From the NCBI GenBank assembly GCA_964433345.1, contig CAYSQJ010000005.1, forward strand, positions 155,585 through 219,584: a DNA stretch of 64,000 bases. The letters run 5' to 3'. The translations under genes and the position numbers were made by a program. Origin of the DNA: an uncultured Bordetella sp. (GTDB lineage: Bacteria > Pseudomonadota > Gammaproteobacteria > Burkholderiales > SG8-41). Under the pieces are notes generated by a model. It had not been told where the DNA came from, ran no database searches, and saw only the letters and a program-made list of their open reading frames with translations. Below are positions 54,922 to 60,906 of this stretch, in pieces (the stretch's first letter is position 1; every line of letters starts with the position of its first letter).

Positions 54922-55320
54922 ATGAAAATTCAAGTCAATACAGATGACAACGTCGCAGGCCGCGAGAGTTTGGCGCGACGTGTCGAGGCGGAGGTCAGTC
55001 GTACGCTGGGACATCTCAGTGATCACATCACGCGTGTCGAAGTACACCTGAGCGACGAGGATAGCGGCAAGACAGGGGGCAACGACAAGCGCTGTCTGAT
55101 GGAGGCGCGGCTTGCGGGGCGTCCGCCGGTGGCAGTGACGAACCATGCGGAATCTCTTGGCGAAGCCTTCGGTGGCGCCGCCGACAAGCTGAAGCGCTCA
55201 CTCGAACGCACGCTTGGCCGTCTCAAGGACCATAAAGGCCGTGTATCCATAAGGGGTATCGAGAGCCCGATCGGCCCGCAATCCGATGAGACGGTCACGG
55301 CGCCGGGAGGAGAGAGGTGA
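54922..55320 (+). CDS. HPF/RaiA-family ribosome-associated protein (short form)
   Basis: MKIQVNTDDNV...HITRVEVHLSDE...KRCLMEARL; 132 aa. Confidence 0.6.
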   Translation: MKIQVNTDDNVAGRESLARRVEAEVSRTLGHLSDHITRVEVHLSDEDSGKTGGNDKRCLMEARLAGRPPVAVTNHAESLGEAFGGAADKLKRSLERTLGRLKDHKGRVSIRGIESPIGPQSDETVTAPGGER

Positions 55321-55423
55321 TGGAGTTACCCGGAGTTGCGGTATTCGGCGGACACGCGAATTTTCCGGGTTTCACGCCTTTGACCAGCGGAAAATGCATG
55401 GCCGGAATGCGGGGGCAAAAATC

Positions 55424-55720
55424 ATGAGCCTGATTTCAGTGGCACGAATCGGAGTTTTACTGTTTCTGTCGGCAGCCGCGTCGGCGATCTGGGCAGACGA
55501 CAGGGCTGATTACAATGCCCGTGCGGCGGACCGGCTCGAGAGCTTGTTTCAGGCCCTGGATCGGAATGCCGACGGTGCGCTGACTCCGGAGGAGTCAAGA
55601 GGTGACCTTGATCTGGGACCCCGATTCAACGACATCGACATCAACCGCGACGGCATCATGACGCGGGCGGAGTTGGGGGTGTACCTACAACGTCGTTACG
55701 GCAGCCGGCCTGCGCCATGA
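55424..55720 (+). CDS. Secreted EF-hand calcium-binding protein
   Basis: Trimmed to MSLISVARIGVLLFLSAAASAIWA; two EF loops DRNADGALTPEE and DINRDGIMTRAE. Confidence 0.7.
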   Translation: MSLISVARIGVLLFLSAAASAIWADDRADYNARAADRLESLFQALDRNADGALTPEESRGDLDLGPRFNDIDINRDGIMTRAELGVYLQRRYGSRPAP

Positions 55721-55805
55721 TCGGCTTGAATCTGCAAGGTTCTTTGCCTGACCCCGTTTCCGTCAATGTTCAAAAGCGATGGATCTGAGCGGTGCCGGAT
55801 TCATT

Positions 55806-55830
55806 GAAAAAGCCCCGTCGCAGGGGCTTT
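55806..55830 (+). terminator. Rho-independent terminator
   Basis: aaaaagcccc-gtcgca-ggggc followed by tttt. Confidence 0.65.
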
Positions 55831-56002
55831 TGTATGGCGGAGAGGGAGTCCGCCATACTAATGTCCAATGACGTCCAACCCGGTCCGATGATTCTGGGTT
55901 TTACAGAGGGAAATTGTTGATCATGGCTTGACATGCCCAAATCAATCCAACACCATCCTTACCTGAAACGTGGGTAGAAACGAGGGTAGGATTGGAGGTG
56001 CA

Positions 56003-57223
56003 ATGGGGCGGGCATTACAGCGGTTGTCGACACGATTCGTGGCCAGCAAGACGGTAGCCGGTTATTACGCCGACGGCGGCGGGCTGTATCTGCAGGTCGG
56101 CTCCTCCCGCAGCAAAAGCTGGATATTCCGTTACACCCTCAACGGCCGCGCCCGCGAGATGGGGCTGGGATCCGTGAGCAATATCGGCCTGGCGGATGCA
56201 CGTAAGTCTGCCAGTGCGTGCCGCGGCCTGTTGCATGAAGGCAGGGATCCCATCCAGGTGCGCGATGCTGAACTGGCAGCTGAGCGGCTTGTACAGGCGC
56301 GCGCCATCACTTTCCGGGAATGTGCGGCAGCCTATATCGATGCTCACCGCGCAGGCTGGAAAAACGCCAAACACGCCAGTCAGTGGACCAATACCCTGGA
56401 GACCTATTGCGGGCCGGTATTTGGCGGTTTGCCGGTTGCGGAAGTGGATACCGGCTACGTGCTGAAGGTGCTGGAACCGATATGGGCGCAAAAGTCCGAG
56501 ACGGCAAGCCGGCTGCGGGCACGCATCGAAAACGTGCTGGATTGGGCGACCGTCAGGAAATACCGCTCCGGTGAAAACCCCGCCAGATGGCGGGGGCATC
56601 TGGATATGCTGCTTCCCAGGCTCGGCAAGAAACAACGGGTCAAGCACCACCCGGCGATGCCTTATGGCGAAATCGGTGCTTTCATGGAGCGGCTGAGGGC
56701 GCAGCCCGGAATCGCCGCCCGTGCGCTGGAGTTTCTTGTCTTGACCGCCGCGCGTACGGCCGAGGTGATTGGTGCAAGGCCGGAAGAATTCGACTTGAGC
56801 AAGGGCGTCTGGATCGTGCCGGCCGAGCGCATGAAATCCGGCCGGCCGCACCGGGTGCCGTTGTCAGGGCGGGCGCTGGCAATTGTCAAAAAACAGAAGG
56901 AGGGGAAATACATCTTCCCGGGGGCCCGCGGAAAAAATCCCTTGAGCAACATGGCCATGCTCAAGCTCCTTGAGCGCATGGGCATTGATGCCACGGTGCA
57001 CGGCTTCCGGTCGACGTTCAGGGACTGGGCCGCGGAGTGCACCCATTATTCGCGGGAGGTGTGCGAAATGGCCCTGGCCCACACGGTCGGGGATCAGACC
57101 GAAGCGGCGTATCGGCGTGGTGATTTGTTTGAAAAGCGCAGACTGCTGATGGGCGACTGGGCTGAATACTGTTCGGCACCGGCAGAGACGAAGATTGTGC
57201 CGCTCAGGCAGGCGTATGCGTAA
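56003..57223 (+). CDS. Tyrosine recombinase/integrase (P4-like, DUF4102 arm-binding N-terminus)
   Basis: ATG after GGAGG; YYADGGGLYLQVGSSRSKSWIFRY, C-terminal HGFRSTFRDW...LAH...Y. Confidence 0.85.
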   Translation: MGRALQRLSTRFVASKTVAGYYADGGGLYLQVGSSRSKSWIFRYTLNGRAREMGLGSVSNIGLADARKSASACRGLLHEGRDPIQVRDAELAAERLVQARAITFRECAAAYIDAHRAGWKNAKHASQWTNTLETYCGPVFGGLPVAEVDTGYVLKVLEPIWAQKSETASRLRARIENVLDWATVRKYRSGENPARWRGHLDMLLPRLGKKQRVKHHPAMPYGEIGAFMERLRAQPGIAARALEFLVLTAARTAEVIGARPEEFDLSKGVWIVPAERMKSGRPHRVPLSGRALAIVKKQKEGKYIFPGARGKNPLSNMAMLKLLERMGIDATVHGFRSTFRDWAAECTHYSREVCEMALAHTVGDQTEAAYRRGDLFEKRRLLMGDWAEYCSAPAETKIVPLRQAYA

Positions 57224-57266
57224 GGATTAGCAGAGTGTCTTTAATCGACCTCGAAGGGAAGTGGGT

Positions 57267-57710
57267 ATGGCCAATCTTGAACGGGCAATCAGCATTGCGG
57301 TTGAGGCGCATCGTGGTTCGGTAGACAAGAGCGGGGTGCCTTACATCCTGCACCCCTTGCGTTTGATGTTGGGGATGTCTACCGACGCAGAGCGCATGAT
57401 TGCGGTGCTCCATGATGTGGTGGAAGACACGCACTGGACGCTGGATGCACTCCGCGCGGAGGGGTTTTCGGAAGATATCCTGTCGGCGCTGGACTGCCTG
57501 ACGCGGCGGGAGGGCGAAACCTACGAGGCGTTTATCGCCCGCGCGTCCGCCAACCCGTTGGCCCGCCGGGTGAAAGTCGCAGATCTTGAGGACAACATGG
57601 ACATCCGCCGGCTTTCTCGTCTTGCGGATAAGGATGTGGAGCGACTGCGGCGCTATTTGGCGGCGTGGCAGTTCATGGTGAGTGAAGCTCACGAGTTGGG
57701 AATGACTTGA
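57267..57710 (+). CDS. Small HD-domain protein, RelA/SpoT-type (p)ppGpp hydrolase-like (small alarmone hydrolase candidate)
   Basis: About 147 aa; AHRGSVDKSGVPYILHPLRL, VLHDVVEDT, VKVADLEDNM. Confidence 0.65.
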   Translation: MANLERAISIAVEAHRGSVDKSGVPYILHPLRLMLGMSTDAERMIAVLHDVVEDTHWTLDALRAEGFSEDILSALDCLTRREGETYEAFIARASANPLARRVKVADLEDNMDIRRLSRLADKDVERLRRYLAAWQFMVSEAHELGMT

Positions 57711-57776
57711 ATCTGGAATTTTGTCTATCAAACTAGGGGCAATTCATCCTTCCACGAGCTTGGCACCTTTGATTTG

Positions 57777-58118
57777 CTATCCACACCCATGCACTACTTG
57801 GTTTAGGTCGGACAACGATCCGCGCGATCTCTTCAAGCTGATTCGCCCGCCAATCACGTAACCGCTACGTCCGTCGGGCAGGCGAACAATGGGCGTGACG
57901 TCATCCTTTTCGACATCGCATCCAATGACGGGGAGTTCTTCACCGGCGCGTAGGACTTTGATAGGCGCATTGGGGATTGTACCCTTTGGTGCACCATAGA
58001 TCTCGGTTTGTTGATCGGCTCTCAAGACAATAACGTCACCACTCAGCACATAGCCAACGAGACTAAGGCCGAGTGAAACCAAAACTGCTATTCCGGCCAG
58101 GACTGCCTTTTGAAACAT
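57777..58118 (-). CDS. Membrane-anchored small protein, candidate immunity protein for toxin CT2
   Basis: ATG 2 nt after the toxin stop; N-terminal TM anchor AVLAGIAVLVSLGLSLVGYVL; AT-richer than the genome. Confidence 0.5.
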   Translation of the reverse strand: MFQKAVLAGIAVLVSLGLSLVGYVLSGDVIVLRADQQTEIYGAPKGTIPNAPIKVLRAGEELPVIGCDVEKDDVTPIVRLPDGRSGYVIGGRISLKRSRGSLSDLNQVVHGCG

Positions 58119-58120
58119 GG

Positions 58121-60211
58121 TCAAGGCACCATCGGTAGCGGTGACAAGGGGCGCGGTCCGGGATAGTAGTTGCCCGGTAACGTAAATGGCGACCGCCCTA
58201 GATCCCTTAAGAAGTCGCGTGGCAACATCGAGTCACCGACATCGATCCCAAATTGCCTCAGGCACTCCTGCCACGGAGTACCACAATTATTACTCGTCGC
58301 GCTGTATTGGGGATCCGACGACAGAAGGCATTTCCGCAACTCCGCCTCTTGCTGCGGTGTAAGCGGAATTCGCACTCCGATCCCATTGCGAACCTGCTGC
58401 TGCCGCTGAATGTAGTCATCAGCGCGAGGATATGTACGATCCCAGCCCCGAGGTCCGAAGGAGAAGTTTTCCCCGTTGATGTTCCCCGAGACATGCCCGA
58501 AGCTACTCTCAAGCTGGCCCAAGTTCCCAGGAACGATTCCGCCCGACCAGGAAAGAGCGCCCCAGAATATGATCTCCGTCATGAGTCCGAGTGGATCTAC
58601 CCTGCTCAATGGATTGCTCCCGACATACGCATAGGTATTAATCCCTCCCGCCAGTCCAATCGGATCAGATTGCACATACCGTCCGGTGAGCGGGTCATAG
58701 TCCCTGAAGTAGTTGTAATGCGTGCCGAGTTCTGTGTCGAAGTACTGCCCCGGCAATCTGAGGTTGCAGGTAAAGTTCCCCGCCCCCGAGGGGTTCTCGT
58801 TCGGCGCATTGTTCCCATAGGGATCATCGTTCGCCCAACTCCACACCGCCTGTCCCGTGTCACTGGTAATGAGCCGCGGCGTGTTCAGGTGATCGGTGTG
58901 CACGAAGTACATCTTCGGCACGGTGGTGAGCGCGATCAGCTGGATCGCATCCGCAATGACGAAGCCGTTGGCCTGGTCGGTGAGGGTGATGGTGCTGCTG
59001 CCGTTGAGGTTAAACGTCCCCAGCAGGTTGAAGGCACCGCCATTGGTCTGCTGGTTGACGGGTACTTGAGTGGTCCCCTGGGCATGGTTCACCGTGTAAG
59101 TCGCATTGCTCGCCCGATTCGGGTTTGCCGTCCACTTCGCATACACCTCGTATTGCCCCGCTGCGACGTTCGGCGTCCAGGTCGCGGTGTTGAACTCCGG
59201 CGCCGAGGCCTCGATCAGCCGGATCGCATCCGCAATCACGAAGCCATTGGCCTGATCCGTCAGACTCACCTTGTGGCCCGATCCGGGCGCCATGCTGTAA
59301 GTGCCGAGCAAGACCCACTGCCCGTTGTTCTGCACCTGATCCACCGTCACCGGGGTGTCACCCCCGGCATGGGTCACCGTGTACTGGGCATTGCTCGCCC
59401 GGTTCGGATGCGCCGTCCAGCGGGCATAGACCTTGTAGCTGCCCGCACTGGGGATCGTCGGCGTCCAGGTGGCCGTATTGGGGGCCGCATTCTCCGGGGT
59501 GACCTTGATCGCATCGGCAATGACGTAGCCGTCACCCTGGTCGACCAGCACCACCGAGTGGCCGCTGCCGGCGTTGAGACTGAAGGTGCCCAGCAACTGC
59601 CAAGTCCCGCCATTGGCCTCCTGGTTCACCGTCACCGCTGTCGCGCCCCCGGCATGGTTCACCGTATAGGTGGCCTGGGTGCTGCGGTTGGGGTGGGCGG
59701 TCCAGCGGGCATAGACCTTGTAGCTGCCGGTGGTGGGGATGGTGGGGGTCCAGGTGAAGCTGTTGGCCCCGGCCCCGGCCGGGTGATGCTGGTAGTTGCT
59801 GCCGTAGTAGCCGCCGACACTGGTGGAAGTGGCCCAGGTGCCGGAGGCCGTGCCCGCGGTGTTGTCCACCACGATGGCAGAGGGTTCCTCGCCATTGGCG
59901 GCGTGGACCTGGTAGTTGCTGCCCAGATACCCGCCCACCGAGGTCGAAGTGGGCCAGGTGCCAGTGACACTGAAGCCCGAGTCGGTGTTGTCCACCACGA
60001 TGGCGCCGGGCGGGCTGCCGTTGGCGGGGTGGGCGAGGTAGTTCGTGCCCTGGTAACCGGGCACATTGGTGGAGGCCGACCAGCTGCCCAGCGTGCTGAA
60101 GCCGGCGTCGGTGTTGTCGATCACCACCGGGGTGGCGGCCTGGGTGGCCACGGCAGCGCAGAGGAGGAATGCAGCGAGTATTCCTGCGGTACTGTGGTTA
60201 TGGGAGGGCAT
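58121..60211 (-). CDS. Secreted lectin-repeat / RHS-core / C-terminal toxin (CT2) protein, downstream copy
   Basis: Signal peptide ...AAFLLCAAVATQA|ATP; repeat modules; core MYFVHTDHLNTPRL...YDPLTGRYVQSDPIGL...SRVDPLGL; unique 153-aa C-terminus; no obvious SD. Confidence 0.8.
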   Translation of the reverse strand: MPSHNHSTAGILAAFLLCAAVATQAATPVVIDNTDAGFSTLGSWSASTNVPGYQGTNYLAHPANGSPPGAIVVDNTDSGFSVTGTWPTSTSVGGYLGSNYQVHAANGEEPSAIVVDNTAGTASGTWATSTSVGGYYGSNYQHHPAGAGANSFTWTPTIPTTGSYKVYARWTAHPNRSTQATYTVNHAGGATAVTVNQEANGGTWQLLGTFSLNAGSGHSVVLVDQGDGYVIADAIKVTPENAAPNTATWTPTIPSAGSYKVYARWTAHPNRASNAQYTVTHAGGDTPVTVDQVQNNGQWVLLGTYSMAPGSGHKVSLTDQANGFVIADAIRLIEASAPEFNTATWTPNVAAGQYEVYAKWTANPNRASNATYTVNHAQGTTQVPVNQQTNGGAFNLLGTFNLNGSSTITLTDQANGFVIADAIQLIALTTVPKMYFVHTDHLNTPRLITSDTGQAVWSWANDDPYGNNAPNENPSGAGNFTCNLRLPGQYFDTELGTHYNYFRDYDPLTGRYVQSDPIGLAGGINTYAYVGSNPLSRVDPLGLMTEIIFWGALSWSGGIVPGNLGQLESSFGHVSGNINGENFSFGPRGWDRTYPRADDYIQRQQQVRNGIGVRIPLTPQQEAELRKCLLSSDPQYSATSNNCGTPWQECLRQFGIDVGDSMLPRDFLRDLGRSPFTLPGNYYPGPRPLSPLPMVP

Positions 60212-60227
60212 CAAGAGATATTGTTTT

Positions 60228-60257
60228 AAGTATTTGTTTTTATTGATTATTTTTATC
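60228..60257 (+). promoter_or_regulatory. AT-rich recurrent element (IHF-site-like), copy 7
   Basis: aagtatttgtttttattgattatttttatc (14/15 core), 17 nt upstream of the minus-strand start at 60211. Confidence 0.55.
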
Positions 60258-60262
60258 GTCCG

Positions 60263-60577
60263 TTATGTTTTTTGCTCCATCATTTTCCGCAGACCGTAAA
60301 AAGCAATCGATAAGAGTGCGATACCAGATATCAACGCAACTAACACGGCTAGCCCCCCCCGCAGCCCTCCCACTGAATGGATCACATGTCCCATTGCAAA
60401 TACGCCAAGTAAAGTAGTGGAAATCGAGATCAAGATCGCGTGGCGCAACCATTGCTGTCCGCGATGTAGGGATCTATTGAAGCGCACCAGCAAATAGCAA
60501 AAAAAACAAGTACAGCCGGTGAGCCAGCCATATCCAATGGACCAGAGCACTGTCTCCCAATAACTAACGTCCACCAT
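60263..60577 (-). CDS. Small polytopic membrane protein (second immunity-like gene after CT1)
   Basis: 169-aa ORF trimmed to MVDVSYWETVLWSIGYGWLTG...; three hydrophobic segments; starts 2 nt after the previous stop; AT-rich. Confidence 0.45.
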   Translation of the reverse strand: MVDVSYWETVLWSIGYGWLTGCTCFFCYLLVRFNRSLHRGQQWLRHAILISISTTLLGVFAMGHVIHSVGGLRGGLAVLVALISGIALLSIAFYGLRKMMEQKT

Positions 60578-60579
60578 AT

Positions 60580-60906
60580 TTATGCTCGGCTGGCACTGCG
60601 AACGACCCTTGGTACGACGTACTTGATACCGACAATGGTTACGGCAAATAGCATCACAAGGGCAAGAAGCGGTGGAAGCAATCCACCATCGGAACTTAAG
60701 CGAAACGCCCTCACAACCGAAAGAGAAACTGCCGCGAACGCGAAGAAGAGAAGACGTATAGTAATTATCCATAGGTGACGGTGCGCGCTTCTACCATTGG
60801 GCGGCGCAGGTAAGAGCGTTAAGTTAATCACGGAATAAGTTACCGCGAGAGCTCCTACCGCAGATCCGAACCCGATTCCAGCTAGCAGGCTGAGTAGTGC
60901 GTCCAT
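60580..60906 (-). CDS. Small polytopic membrane protein, candidate immunity protein for toxin CT1
   Basis: MDALLSLLAGIGFGSAVGALAV...; TAATG stop/start overlap with the toxin gene; three hydrophobic segments. Confidence 0.5.
   Translation of the reverse strand: MDALLSLLAGIGFGSAVGALAVTYSVINLTLLPAPPNGRSAHRHLWIITIRLLFFAFAAVSLSVVRAFRLSSDGGLLPPLLALVMLFAVTIVGIKYVVPRVVRSASRA

Noticed and set aside
54466-55146. 226-aa minus-strand ORF between tex and the EF-hand gene
   Set aside because: It overlaps the HPF-like gene antisense, has no family resemblance and has Arg/Cys-rich composition.
55834-55847. tRNA gene or fragment (TGGCGGAGAGGGAG resembles the reverse complement of a tRNA-Ser 3' end)
   Set aside because: No T-arm, anticodon arm or D-arm follows. 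The sequence forms a simple 8-bp hairpin with its neighbour, so it is not annotated as a tRNA. It is retained only as a speculative att remnant in the findings.
58253-60229. 658-aa plus-strand ORF (and its twin at 61380..63383, 667 aa) covering the toxin genes
   Set aside because: They are antisense to convincingly coding minus-strand genes. The products are Arg/Gly/His/Val low-complexity strings typical of the opposite strand of GC-rich coding DNA, with no family resemblance.
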